Origin: Chrysomallon squamiferum
Lineage: Eukaryota > Animalia > Mollusca
Length of the DNA stretch: 64,000 nt
NCBI GenBank assembly: GCA_012295275.1
Contig: CM022673.1
Location: forward strand, 14,384,001 to 14,448,000
Direction of reading: 5' to 3'
Positions 39,618-62,679 of this stretch are shown here, piece after piece. A program made the position numbers and the translations under genes. Within the stretch, counting starts at the first letter, position 1, and each line of letters starts with the position of its first letter. The notes below the pieces were generated by a model. That model ran no database searches and was not told where the DNA came from. It worked only from the letters and a program-made list of their open reading frames with translations.

Positions 39618-42600
39618 ATATATACACATATGTGCACACACACATGTACACATTTACATATATTTTACTTTTTTTCTTAGGCTTTTTACCAGTTTGTGAT
39701 GGAAAACACAGGAGTTAAACATGAGAATATTTCCAATATTTGGGAAGTAGTAGACACACTCATCTGTGAAGTAAGAATTTCTAGCTTAAAGTGACACTGA
39801 CACCTAAAATTAAATTTACTTACAAATGTAAAATCATGTATTTTTTACTGTTGATTTCAGTGTCTCTAATTGTTTTTGTGAATTCTAAAACAGATTTTGT
39901 TATTTTTGTCTTGCCTCATGAACTAATTAATCTGTTTAAAATAATACTAATATTTATTATAAAATTGTGTAGTGTCGTGTTCTCTTGGGGTATTAAAAAT
40001 TGTATTAAAAGGGTCAGTTTTTAAAATTATTTCACAGTGTGCAAAACTATATAAATAAATAAATGAGTTTTATTTGATTTTTTTTGGTCAGCAATGTTCT
40101 TATGATTAGTACTTTACTTTCTTAGTATTCCAAGTTTTTTCCATATTTTTTCATAGTTTCCATAAACTAAATGTTTTAAAATACTTCCAGGTGATTTCTG
40201 TATTTGCAGGTAGCAGTTAGTATTTGTCAGTAACAAAATATGATACAAAATAGCAAGAGCCTGTGAAACTGATGACACAAATCCAGTTTTCTTCAGAAAT
40301 AGACAACAACAAACAAAAAAATAACCAAAAACAAATCCTCTACATAAAACAATGACACGGAAGTGTAAAAAATATATTTAGACTTTGTTTTTGCAATTGC
40401 AGATACATTTTAACAAACTGAAATTAAAAACTAAATGTTTCGAGTGTGTTTCAGAAAGCTCATAGGTTGCCGTGGAACAGCTGGGTGAACGAAACAGTGT
40501 TTGAAAAACTGTTAAGTCTGTACAAGATGGATTTCATTTTACAATACTACACTGAAGAAATGGCTCGACTTAAAGGAGGTTTGTTTAACTAACTCTTCAC
40601 ACTACTAGTAACTTTTATACTTCATATGAGATTATTTGCAATTCTAAAAGTGTTTGGGCAATTCTTTAATTTACAAAAGCTGGTAGATTTTATTTGATAA
40701 AAATGATGGATTATAATTAAAAAAAAATTTGCTGTTGTGTTTAATATTTGAACAGTTACATAGAATACCTAATTCTTCTTTGTTTTATGACACACACATG
40801 CACACACATTTATATTTGCAATCTAAACACATACAAAATGTATGTAATACATTTATACAGATATACATACATCATGGTAAAGAAATATCCTATGTATTTC
40901 AGTATTAAATATTAATTATAAAATATAAATATGAAAGACTAAAACCAGAGGTTGTTATTTTGAGAGTTTAAAACTGTTTACTTCAGGTCCTCTTCTCAAG
41001 CAGTTTATAAACAACATGAAGTCTAAAATACATGGACATCTGGACGAACAGATGAAAATGTTCATGTACTCTGCTGTATGTAATATTTACATTAAACACA
41101 AATTTCAGTACTATAAAGTATATATCATTCAGTAGTTTTATTTATATAGCTTTTTTGTATTGACATTATTTCATGTCATTGTTGATCAGAATTTACAGTA
41201 GATCGAAAAATAAAGCAAGTGTTAATTATGTGTTAGAAGTAATCATTTAATGTAGAAATTACAGCTCATAACAGATAAATATACAAATCTTTTTAATAAA
41301 TCATTAACAGTATATTATTCCAGTAAAATAAAAAAAATTAACTAGTAAATTGCAATAAGATGTATCATGGTGTTTTAATGAAAGAATAATAATTAACCTC
41401 CAGTAATACTAATGTATATAATTACATACCTTAATAGGAATATTTAAATCGATTTTATTTACAATTATTCCATGCATCAAAGTTAATAATTATTTGGGAA
41501 CTAGAATTAACTGAATTTGTTTTGTGAATTATGTTCTTACCTAGAATTGTGTCTTACACTGTAAAATTCTACTGAATTTCCTGTTATTTAAATTAATGAG
41601 ATTATTTCAGTGAACATATAATTTGGCTATTAATTCTACGTTACTTCACAGAATTAAACAAATATATATATACTAAATGTGGGAAGTTTCAATAATATAT
41701 ATATTTTTGAATGTTTTGTATCAGTATGTTAATATATCTCTGGTAAATAATTTGACTCATTCTGGTAAATCAGTGTATGTTTGTTTCACAGCATGATGAG
41801 ACCATAGTTGCCCTGTTGTCAGCACTCGGGTTATATGATGGCAATCCACCTGTGTACACAAGTGCTGTGATCATGGAACTACACAAAGAAAATGAGAAAT
41901 ACAACGTGCAGCTGTTCTACAAAAACTTTACATCACACAATGTCAGCGACAGCAGAGAGCCAGTTAGATTGACGATGAAAGGTAGATAACATAGCTTTTA
42001 CTTGCTTTAGAAAAAAAAAAAGAAAAAAAAATGAAGGAAAAAAATCCTAATTTTATTAATTTTTAATATTTTTTTTTTTATCATTTTTTAAAAGAAATTT
42101 AAAAGTTAGTATTAGTTTTTAATGTTTAAAATATATTTGTTATAAGTTAGATTTTTAATTTTCAAAACAATTTTATTGTTTATAAATACCAAATTAGAGT
42201 AAACACATAATGTAAAATTATTATATTTTTTTTAGAATGTAGTTACATTTTTCTTAAATGTTTTAATTAAATATCATTATTTTGGACTTACTCTTTTGCA
42301 GGTTGTGATTTCATATGTCCATTAGAAACATTTTTAGAGTTAACTAAACATTCAGTTCCTAAAAACTGGACTGAAGAATGCAAAATGAAAACATCTTTCA
42401 GCCCAACAATTGCTAAAGGTAAATCCAATAATTTATTACAACCAGTGTAAATATAGTAGTTTAATATAACCAATGTAAATACAGTAATTTAATAAAATAG
42501 TTTAATACAACCAGTGTAAATGAAATAGTCCAATACAAGCGACATAAATTTAGTAGTTTAATACAACCAATGTAAATACAGTAGTTTAATACAACCAATG

Positions 42601-44278
42601 TAAATACAGTCGTTCAATACAAGCGACATAAATTTAGTAGTTTAATACAACCAATGTAAATACAATAGTTTAATACAACCAATGTAAATACAGTAGTTTA
42701 ATACAACAAATGTAAATACAGTGGTTTATTACAACAAATGTAAATACAGTAGTTCAATACAACCAATGTAAATACAGTGGTTTACTACAACAAATGTAAA
42801 TACAGTGGTTTACTACAACCAATGTAAATACAGTCGTTCAATACAACAAATGTAAATACAGTGGTTCAATACAACAAATGTAAATACAGTAGTTTAATAC
42901 AACAAATGTAAATACAGTGGTTTACTACAACAAATGTAAATACAGTAGTTCAATACAACAAATGTAAATACAGTGGTTTACTACAACAAATGTAAATACA
43001 GTGGTTTACTACAACAAATGTAAATACAGTGGTTTAATACAACAAATGTAAATACAGTAGTTCAATACAACCAATGTAAATACAGTGGTTTACTACAACC
43101 AATGTAAATACAGTCGTTCAATACAACAAATGTAAATACAGTGGTTTACTACAACAAATGTAAATACAGTCGTTCAATACAACAAATGTAAATACAGTGG
43201 TTTACTACAACAAATGTAAATACAGTCGTTCAATACAACAAATGTAAATACAGTGGTTTACTACAACAAATGTAAATACAGTAGTTCAATACAACCAATG
43301 TAAATACAGTGGTTTACTACAACCAATGTAAATACAGTCGTTCAATACAACAAATGTAAATACAGTGGTTTACTACAACAAATGTAAATACAGTCGTTCA
43401 ATACAACCAATGTAAATACAGTGGTTTACTACAACAAATGTAAATACAGTCGTTCAATACAACAAATGTAAATACAGTGGTTTACTACAACAAATGTAAA
43501 TACAGTAGTTTAATACAACCAATGTAAATACAGTGGTTCAATACAACAAATGTAAATACAGTCGTTCAATACAACAAATGTAAATACAGTAGTTTAATAC
43601 AACAAATGTAAATACAGTGGTTTACTACAACAAATGTAAATACAGTGGTTCAATACAACAAATGTAAATACAGTAGTTTAATACAACAAATGTAAATACA
43701 GTAGTTTAATACAACAAATGTAAATACAGTAGTTTAATACAACAACTGTAAGTACAGTAGTTTAATACAACCAATTTAAATAAAAACAATGATAAATGCA
43801 ACATTTTCATACAACCAAAGAAAAAATACAACACTTTAATAAATCATAGATAAATACAGCAGTTTTCTAAAATGTAGATAAATACAATGATATACCTTGA
43901 TATAAATAAAAACCTCGATTTTGTTATTAACAAAAGTGTTATATTTACAGAATATTTATAAGATTAATTCACTTTTTAATTTAATTTAATATTTAAATTT
44001 ATATTATACATTATTTTATATTATTAAAATAGAATGAAAAACATCAGCAAAATCCCTTTTTAATCCTAAAATTGTTTATATTTATAATTTCTTGCTTGTT
44101 TGTTTAAATATAATATTTTTTTTTTTTTTTTGTTTTTGTTATATTTTTAGCTACTATAATCGCAGCTTGTTTGACTGCAGCTGTGGTAGGAGGAATGTTT
44201 ACTATGATGGTAATTATGTTAGTACAGAGAAGAAGAAGTCAGAGGGCTCACATTTCTTTCTATAAATTTACAAGTTAA
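37099..44278 (+). CDS. ACP2: Histidine acid phosphatase, lysosomal/prostatic type (ACP2/ACP3-like), with signal peptide and C-terminal transmembrane anchor
   Basis: Exons 37099-37185, 37521-37625 (VYRHGDRVP = RHGxRxP), 37968-38054, 38423-38575 (RCLMSA..LAGLFPP..WQPIPV), 39144-39239, 39681-39770, 40455-40578, 40987-41075 (MYSA), 41792-41981 (HD motif), 42302-42418 (CDFICPL..WTEEC), 44151-44278 (hydrophobic TM plus RRRS tail, TAA). All junctions are GT-AG and in phase. The ACP2 symbol is a family-level best guess. Confidence 0.93.
37221..37292. repeat. Nested inverted repeat with a perfect 22-bp palindromic core
   Basis: Arms ataaacttaagattca (37221-37236) and tgaatcttaagtttat (37277-37292); core tcacatgatgatcatcatgtga (37248-37269). 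Confidence 0.9.
39535..39616. repeat. (TATC)n microsatellite
   Basis: Direct reading. Confidence 0.9.
42419..43775 (+). repeat. 28-bp minisatellite (~48 copies) starting at the donor of acid phosphatase exon 10
   Basis: Unit gtaaatacagtagtttaatacaaccaat, with variants cagtggtttact and cagtcgttcaat. Confidence 0.97.
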
Positions 44279-45698
44279 CTCTTTGAACTGTTGCCAGTGT
44301 TAAGAGATATCACTCGAGTGAACATTGCAACTTTGCAGTTAAATATTTGACCATTGCTAAAAACTGAAAGGCTGTGGGAAAACAGCACAGGCTCTGTAAG
44401 TGTGACTGAGACTTGTTCTGCAAAGATGATTAAACATTTTTTATTATTTCAGGATGCATTCTATTAATTTAAAATTATTTTTTTTATCAGATTTTACATT
44501 TACAAATTATTTAATGGCTATGCACTGGTTAACATTCTACTCAGAGAAAAGCAGTTGTTCAATTCTGCAGTACAAATTGCTTCAAATTTTAGTTTTATTT
44601 GATATTTATGTTTAATCAAATATTTTGTACCACAATGTGCACAGCATTATAAATGAATAAATGTTATGTGAAAATGAGTATAACTTCTCTATAAACACAC
44701 TGTTAAAAATAGTAGAAGAAAAAATAAAATTAAATAAAAATAGGGTATTAGTGTGGTAGCTAACACAAAACTATATTAGATGTTAATTTGAGAACACTTT
44801 TCATATTTAAAATAGAGTAAAATCTTTACACAGCAGTCTGGTACTGATTTGTTTTTCACTTATTCAAATTTCACTGTGAGCTGCTGTAAAAATTATTTTT
44901 CAGTATCTTTAAACATTTGTTTCATGTGCATCTTCTTTATCTGTTTGATAAAAGATGATAACAATGCTCAAAAAAGCTTTCTTATTGTTGTCATGAACAC
45001 AATAAGTAAGTGATTATTTAGAATTAAACTATTACTATAATGTGAGATATTTTATTTTTTTAAATTTCTTACATGTTGTTTCCATTTGAACATACCTACA
45101 AAATATCAATTTGTTTTGTTAATTATGAATATTAAAAAAATTATAATGATTGTTATTTTCTTTTTTTTATCTTTATTTATCAGCAATAAATATATCAGAT
45201 AATTATGCAAGCATATGGTTTAACCATATATTTATGTGTTAGATGAATGTGCATATATCAAATATATAAATTTGAAAATAGTTTATCTGTCATGTTTGTT
45301 TAAATGAAAAATAATTTAAAATTAATTTTGAGAGTATATTATGATCTCACTGAAGAGTAATAAAAAACATTCCACTTTCATGACATTAATTTTTTTTTCT
45401 ATAATGATTGTGTATGGAAAAAATCTGAAAACATATTTAATGTGCTTATAAAGAAAAACATGAATTTGTTAAAATACAGGCACATTCTAAAGACACTATA
45501 GTGTGACAGACACAATGCTTTTAAAATTATGAAGTTACTAATTAACAGTGACATTCTAGAAATAGCTATAATATATAGTCTGATATAATGTTTTTGAAGA
45601 CAGTTTGATATTTTTGAAACACATAACATTTTAAAAGTCATGATGCTGTTAAATATCAGTAATATACTAAAGAACTGACAATTATTATGATTTTAAAC

Positions 45699-45868
45699 TT
45701 AGGAAGTTGTTAACATTTACATGTTAGAGACAACAATGATATTTTGACAGTTATAATGTGTTTTATGTTAGGAAGTTGTTAAACAACATTTACATGTTAG
45801 AGACAACAATGATATTTTGACAGTTATAATGTGTTTTATGTTTGGAAGTTGTTAAACAACATTTACAT
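45699..45868. repeat. ~70-bp tandem repeat (about 2.3 copies) downstream of the phosphatase stop
   Basis: ttaggaagttgttaa..catttacatgttagagacaacaatgatattttgacagttataatgtgttttatg is repeated. Confidence 0.8.
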
Positions 45869-48800
45869 ACTAATTGTTTGTTTTTGAAGATATTTTTACT
45901 AGTTTTGTTAACTCTGTCTATTTCTCATTGTGTTGGTTTATTTCTTATTCTGACTTTTATAATGTGCATGACATCAAAAAAGTATGAAAATATGTTTAGT
46001 ATTCTGTCAAGTTTTTGTTTTGTTACTGTGACCACTGTTTCATAATAATAAAGTATGGCAGTATTGTACTACACTATTACATGTTACTGTTTTTGTTTCT
46101 GTACTGTGTGATGTTGCAAATGTGCAGACCTTTCTAGTGTTATTATGATAACTATAACTGACTGTTGTGACAATAAAAGTATCTGGGGCTGTATTAGCTA
46201 CAGTTTCCCAAAGTTTATATCACAACAGCTGTGATTGATAAAACAGAAAAATGTATGTTTAGAAATAAGTGACATGAGAATGATGTACTTTGTTCTGATA
46301 ATTATAGATTTAACTTATTTATTACCAGAAAATATAGTGAATACAATTTTTAATTAAATGCACTTTAAGACTACTGAATAATGTATGTACATGAAAAAAT
46401 AATGTATATAATTACAAGAAATGTAAACTTGTAAAACAAGGCATGGTGTTGTATGACATGTCAGCAACTATCCATCTTTTAGCAAATGGCAGCAAGAAGT
46501 CCTTTGAAAGGATAATAATATGCAGCATGAACTTTGACACATCATGTGACTTTTGACTGGTTAAATGATCACTTTTTATAATAGTTAAATCATTTTGTGC
46601 TTCAGCAAATGTAAAATAAACCATTTTAGTTGAATAATTTTTTAAGTTAATAAAGTCAGTTTTGCTAATTTGTATATTTTTGAACTAGAACTTATAGAAT
46701 GCTGTACTTAAGTTGAAGCATTCTGAAATATATACAGCAAATGTGAACAAGTGATATATATATATATATACACACACATACATTAATATATATATATAAA
46801 TACAAAAAGGCACATATATATAAAAAAATTCAAAATATTTGATGTATTTTTCTTAAGTAATATTTAAATTTTGTTTCTAGCAGTTCTTTTGAATGTGAAC
46901 ATTCTTCAATGATTATTTTGTAAAATTGGTTTTTTTATATATAACCTGGTGATTTTCATTTATATATTTATTATTATTATATATTTAAATATTTAAATGT
47001 GATGAAATTTGTTTCATTTTAAATATTTGATGTATTTTTCTTATATAATATTTGAATTTATTTAAAAATGTCTAAAATTTTATTAATATATTTTATTTTT
47101 TCAGTAATATTATTATTAATTTTTCATTAGAATATTTGTTATTGTCAGTAAAATATAAAAAATATTTACTTGAAATTATCAAACAAGTCAAACATTGTAA
47201 ATGTTAAGCAGTTAATACAATGTATTGAGTTATCAAAGAATGAAGAAATATAAATGAAGCTTAACCACAAAAATTTGAATATTATAAAAGTTTACATTAG
47301 TCTGTATTTTAAATAACTTTTTATGTTCATATTTATTTTGTGTCACAACTGATCAAAATTTACTTTTAATTAGATATTAGAGGTAATTATTTTTCAAAAC
47401 ACAGAAATATGTTACAGGTTACTAATTCAAATGCAAGAATTTGTTGATTTTTTTTTATCTTGATTTTTTTTGGGTGTGAACAGCTAAAAAATGAATTATT
47501 GTTTGAGTTACAGGCAATGTTTTGATCATGTGATTTGAATTTGATTCTATAACTTTTGTTTTGTTTTGTTACAAGTCAAACCTGTTTTTATTTAGTAGTT
47601 TGTAGTTTGTATTTATTTATTTATTTAGTTTTTATAAAATTATGATGAATTTGTGAGCACAAGAGGGCCAGGGTATTATCACCATTGATGATATCCTTTT
47701 AGAATTTGAGATTTGATTTACATAATGCATGAATTATGTTTGATATAAAGTATCTTACTTATTTGGTTTTTCTTTTTGTCTTGTATGTTTGTGTCCATGT
47801 ATATATCTGTGTGTGTGTGTGTGTGTGCATGCATGTGTGTGTGTGTGGGTGCATGTGTGTGTATGTGTGTGCTAGTGTGTATGTGTATATTTGTGTTTAT
47901 ATATGTGTATATGTAATAAGCATGAGCATCTGTATATGTGTGTGTGCATATTTTATTTTTGTCACTATATTTAAATTTAAATAAAAGTAAAGTTATTTAA
48001 ATAGATTAAACATTGTCTAATATTTATATAATACTCTGTGTATTCAGAGTTTTTCTTGATTACTGGTCAGATACTTGATACATATTTTAAATATTTCCTA
48101 CTCACAAGATGCAGGTTAGAGCAAGAATTAGTCATTGTTATGGCCTAGGAATAGATTATTATTATTTTTGTTATTTTGACAACCTTGGAAAACATTCCAG
48201 TGAAGTAGTTCAGGAGTAAATATCATTTCCCAGAGATTTTTGTGTTTTGATGTTGTTGCAGGTGGTAGTTATTGTTTTTGATTTTCAACCAAAAAATATA
48301 ATTTTATTATTTATTATTATTGTTATTGTTGTTGTTGTTATTATTATTATTATTAATTTTTTATTTTTGTTTTAATTTTTAATTTAATTTTTTTATTTTT
48401 TTATTGCAAAAGTTTTATTGTTTTTATTTTGGAAAAGAAAGACATTTATCATTATACATGAGCATGAAATGAATAAATAAAAAAATTACAGAAAAATTAT
48501 CACCAGAAACAACTAGTTTGTTAAAGTCAAACCTGCCTTGTCCCTAGTGTATATACTAGTATACACATTTTTATAACTTTTATGTACTGCAAAGAAAAGC
48601 TAAAACCTTTGTAAATCATATAGACTACAGCATTCTAGTATACTTATGTCATCACAGGAATACAGTTTACTGTACAGACATTTAGGCAATTTATATTTAT
48701 GTTTTTGAGAAGGTTTATCAGAACAAATCCATGGATGGGAATGTGTTGGCTTGTAGTGAATTCACTATATAAAGTTGAAAAATGTTTGATTTAAAAGACA

Positions 48801-49550
48801 GAAATCTCTGAATAAGTAACAAACTGGACACTTTCCAAAACACTGAACTTTATTATCACCTTTTAAAATGCAGTAACTTCCATTTTATCCTCAGTTGATT
48901 CATTTGTAACATTAGAAATATTATAATTTTTGTTTTTTCTGTAAATATGGAATACCGAAAAAAGGAAGAAACAAAAAATAATAATGAAAAAACAAACCCC
49001 TTCCTTCCAAAAACAGGTAATAACTTGTAGCCTTTATGAAAACATGTTGCATCTTAATGACAGCACTAATGTAATTATTTTTAATGTTGAAAATATTGTT
49101 ACAATGAATAAAGATATATTTTCACCTACTGTGGTTTGTTGTCTATTATTTTGCTCAAGGAGCTTGTTAACAAGAAACAAATTTCTAATGTTAAACACTT
49201 TTCAGTCAACATAATTCTAACATAAGCAAGTCTTTGACAGCTGAAAATGTTCAAGTTAAAGCACATTCCTGATTTAATGGCATTTAAAATATGAATTCTT
49301 TTTTCTGTAATATTAAATATGTCAAGATTCTACAATTAATGATTATGATGATGATGATAATAATAATAATACAGTTGCGGTTAAAAGTTAAAAAATAGTG
49401 AAATATGTTTTGGTTGTTGTCATAATCTTACGTTACCACTGACCCAAATGCCTATATCCTAGTTCAATTATTTAATAGTAGTTACGTAGTTGGTGTGTGG
49501 TGCTACGAAAGAAAACGGCGGAATCTACACAGTGAATTGAACCAAGAAAC

Positions 49551-57784
<8,234 letters not shown>

Positions 57785-58277
57785 CTTTTTTTTCTAGTCA
57801 TTATAATTATCACCTCATGAAATACAACTCATCCCAGTATACACTCTGTAATTTTTTTATACACCACTTATGATTTTAACACTTGATGTATTGTGACCAA
57901 TCAGAGAACATCTTGGTGTCATGTGATTTTTTTCAGACTAATCAGCAGAATTAACTTTTATGTCACAAATTTACTAAAACACTTTTCATCATTAAAAAAC
58001 GACTGAATTCTGCTAAAGATTAATTATTTACTGGTAGATGTGCACACAGGGTTGACTAAAACATTAAAATGTTTACTGTATATCTGATCATAACTTTGGC
58101 ATGATTTATTTTTATATTTACTTCAGGCCAGTGCTAAAACTGTGGAAATAAGATTGTGTTTAACTTTTAAAAATAATATTTTTCATCAAATGCAGAAGTA
58201 TATAATATTTTAGCAGTGACCACATTTTGTAGTTAAAGAATAAGTTATGAGAACTGTTTACATGTAGTCTATTTGAT

Positions 58278-58610
58278 GTTATATCCTGCAGTCTGGTTCT
58301 AACTAGGTATCATTTCCTATATTCCAATTGGCTCATTCAGCTTTTATATCCTGCAGTTTAATTGGCCAGTTTTGGTGTCATCTACTATTTTCTGATTGGC
58401 TGGCTCAGTTTTTTATATCCTGCGATCTATTTGGATGATTCTGGTGTTGTGTACTATATTCTGTTTGGCTCATTCACCTTTTATATCCTGCAGTCATTTG
58501 GGTAATTCTGGTTTTGTATACTACTTCTGATTGGCTCATTGAGGTTATATCCTACATTTTGATTGGCTTATTCACTTGTTTTATCCTACACAGTGATTGG
58601 CTTATGCAGT
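58278..58610. repeat. Degenerate ~35/70-bp repeat rich in ATTGG, downstream of the ceramide synthase stop
   Basis: Recurrent ttatatcctgcag and gattggctcattc motifs. Confidence 0.65.
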
Positions 58611-60511
58611 TATAATCAGAAAACAAAATATAACAAATAATTTGAGCAAAGACTGTTTCTGCTAATTGGTATATCACTATGCACACGTTTTGACTGTTGA
58701 TGCTTGGGAAGATTGTTTGAAACTGGTTAATGAAACAAAAACTGAGTTAGTGGATGTTCAGCAGGAATTAGTTAAATTAAGTTAAGAACAGATCGTTTTA
58801 CCTTACTTGTTATAGAAGAGGCTAAATTGAATTTAAGTTTGAAATAACTTCAAAAGAATTTTAAATTAAACAGATTGTTTGTTAACACTGTTCAGATTAA
58901 CTGGCAACTTGAGAAGATGTGGAATTATAATTTTATCAGGACCAAACATTTTGTGTGTGATATACACTCAGTGAGTTTAGGTCTAAATGGTGTGGTAAAA
59001 TAGGTACAGTATGTAATTGAAACATGTATTCAGTAAGTAAGTTTTATGAAAGACAATCCAAGTTAAAATTAAAATTGATTTACTAAAGGCATTTTCATTA
59101 TCTGTTTTAGAAGTTTAAAACCATTATAGGAAGTAGATTAGAAAGAAAAAAAAAATGTTTAAAAATGATTCCTTTGTTTTCTTCTTTTTTTCTTTCTTTC
59201 TTTCTTTCTTTTTTTTGTAGAAAAACTACGATTTTGTTACATTAGGCCATTTGTTTATATTCTAGTCCAGATATCTTCTGATTTTTTAAAACATATTGTA
59301 AGAGATAGGGCAGTATAAATCTAATACTTTACTTTACTTTACTTTTTTTTTGTTTTGCTTCTTTTAATGTGTGTATTACAAACTTGGTTTTATGAAGCAT
59401 CATACCGTAAGTGACCTTAAATATGAAGAAGTTTATTTTTTAGAAATAAGAAAGTAAAAATAAATTTAAAACTAGGAACTGTTAGGACTTTGCTTCATTG
59501 TGTGGATATGCATAATTTAAGAGAGGGATGAAAGCAACAACATTCATGTTTTAGTAAATTATTATTATTTTTTTTTTTTTTTTAGCAATAAATTATTATT
59601 TTTTTTAAATACCAAAAATAAAATTAACTTTACCTGAAGTATTTTTCATGCTGAATTTGTGACTAGAGCACATTAAGCTGAATGGCATTTTTTGTGTTTG
59701 ATATATACAAGGATTATTTCTTTCTTAACAAAATATTATTAAAACGTGTCATATTGTTATAATATTTATTAGTGTATACCTGATATTTTTATATTTAATT
59801 TTAATACTAGTCAATAAATTTCATGTAATTCCTTTACTGCATATTTTAAAATTTGTATGTGTTCAGTTTTTGTTGTCTTTCTTTTTGAATTTTTGTTATG
59901 AAGTAACAGTAATCTTGTTTTATTGAAAAAATAATTTGAATGTCATAGTAATTTTTTATCTGATCCAAATGAAGACTATCTCATACATAAAAACTGTTTG
60001 GAAAAATGTTTTCAGATATTTCAGAATACTGAAATTCTAACAAAATAAAAATAAATAATATTTTTTGAAAAGTTATACAAAATACATAAATGATAATTAC
60101 TTGAACATGATTTAATAAAACAGTTTAACAAAACCAATTACAAACAGGAATTAGTCTGTCACCATTATGATCACAAAACAGTTGATATTACTGACATTAA
60201 ATAGTTTTTAATTAATTCCACATTATACAGATGTGCCGTTAATATATTATTTGTGCAATACTGTGTTTTTTCTCTACAAAAATCAGAATCTCTACTTAAT
60301 ATCTCATAATCGCAGAGAACTTAAAACACATTTTTGTTTTTATGGATTTGAATGTTTATGTCTGTAATGATAAAGGAAAAATGCAACTCAGGATCTTAAA
60401 TTTTTAAATAGCATGTCATTACCATAATTCATTTATAATTTTTATTTCTGTAGATGTTGATTTTAATTTTTCATTATTGTGTTATTGTTTGTTACAGTAT
60501 GTAATGAATAT

Positions 60512-60532
60512 GTCTATCTATCTGTCTATCTT

Positions 60533-60572
<40 letters not shown>
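60512..60572. repeat. (TCTA)/(TCTG)n microsatellite
   Basis: Direct reading. Confidence 0.85.
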
Positions 60573-60573
<1 letters not shown>

Positions 60574-62642
60574 TGAAATAATTACTGATACTTTTAAATA
60601 TTAAGAAAAATGAAACTCGTACACTAAAATCTGCAGTAACAACTATAGATCTGTTATGTCTACAGTCAGAAACAGTGTTTCTGTATTTCTCAATACAACA
60701 AAAATCTTCAGCACTATTTGTAGATCATATCACAAGGGTATCCTACTTCCTGATAGGCTTGTTTTCATTTGTCCAGCTAATGGTAAAGTTTGTTATGTTT
60801 AATTGCCAGAATGTCGGCCAATCAGTAGTGTAGACTGTTACTGGTTCAGTAAGTAGTTTAAATCAAATTTTGTTATGATCAGTTTTATGATCTCTAGGAT
60901 TCCTGAAGTTAGCTTTAACTTGTTAAGATTTCTGAGACAGTTTTGGATGCAAGTGCCATAATCTCACAGTCAGTTTGTTTCAGATAAGGCTTATTTATTA
61001 ATAATTAGAAAACATTTTTGGGGTTTCAATCTTAAATCCAAAACATTCTTAAGTCATACTTTGAAATGAAGCATTCTGTTTCTTTATCAACCAAGCATAT
61101 TACATTATACAGTGTTAGCATCACATGTCACATGATTCCATTGTGTACAGTGATAAATTAAAAAACTACATTAAAACACCAGTCTGTTATCACTGTATCA
61201 TTTATAAAACTGAGATATCATTTTATTCATAAGATGTATATTAACGAACCATACGCCATTGTTGAGTACAGTCTGCACAAAATGATACATAAAAATTAAT
61301 ACACCACAACATTTTGTTTATTAATATATTGCAATTATCAAAACTTGTTATTTAGTTTAGATTTCAATCAGATTTTAATTATTAAAATTAAAGAACCACA
61401 TCTGATAAAAATCTGTTAAGTTTGCAATCACTGTCAGGATTTTACAAACTGCTTCATTCAGATTTGCATATTTATTATATTGTTAAACTATTTCATATTA
61501 ATGATCTAAAGTATTTACAAACTAAAACTTGAATATTAGCTACATTTTTTTCTGCATATGATTTCAGTTTACTTTCATATTGTTGGAGTTTTCAGATTTT
61601 TCTTATTTTCTGAAATGAAAATAATACTGAGCCCATGTAATCATGTTAAGTAGATGAGAGTTGTTACTTATAAATTATTTACATTAATTTCAGGTTATAC
61701 TTACTGTATTGTATTTTATATACTTTTTTCATTACTATTTTAATATTGTATGTCTTCTCTTTGCTTGTTCTCTTTTTACTTTTTTTTTTTTTAAGATGTG
61801 TATTCCTAGTTATTGTTCAGTTCACTGTTTTTCTGTGTACATAAATGTTAAATTAAATACTTGTGCTTTCTGAGAACAGCAAAAGTGGCAGGTTTGTAAC
61901 AGTAGCTCTTGTTTTTGCTTTGTTTATGATGTCCATGCAATTACATTTTATACCTAAACTGTCTGTCTGTCTGTCTGTCTGTCCATCATTTTAGTCATGA
62001 TGATCATTTGCAATATGATTTGTTTAATTTTAAATGTGTTGTTTTTTGTAAATTTGCTTTGCTTTTGAAAGGGTTTTCTTTTTCAAGTATTTAATATTTA
62101 AAAAGGTTTAATTTCATCATAACATTACAAAGTTATTTTTAACTTAAATATTCGAGCACAAGGAAATCTTCAGGTATTAGTACTTGGGCATATGCTGGCA
62201 CTATATTTATTGTGTTTGTTAATTTGTGCAATGCAGTTATAACTTTTTTGCTTCTGTTGCATTTTCTACTTAATGTTTTTTGATTGTTGTTCTTTTTTAT
62301 TAAGAAAAGAAATGAAATATATGTACATAGTAAAATATATGTATATGAAAATTTAAATGCTTTGTGAGGTTTTTTATATTTTGTTCAGTGAATTAATATT
62401 CACATTTGAAATTTATAAACAGAAAATCTTAGAGTGAATACAAAAATAAGAAAAAATATTAATTAATTTCTTGTCATTAAAATTATTGTTTTTAGTTTAC
62501 TTAATTTATACATGTATTTCTAAAAAAGTGTTGATTGAATTGCTGTCAGTATGCTAATAGGATTTTTGATAAACTATTCTACCAAAAAATAATAATTAAA
62601 AATAATAATAATAAAAAAAGAATTAGTAACTAAAACATTAAT

Positions 62643-62679
<37 letters not shown>

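Noticed and set aside
44255-44305. Possible frameshift hiding a canonical YxxPhi lysosomal sorting signal in the phosphatase tail
   Set aside because: The tail FYKFTS* is open and plausible as read; invoking an indel has no direct support.
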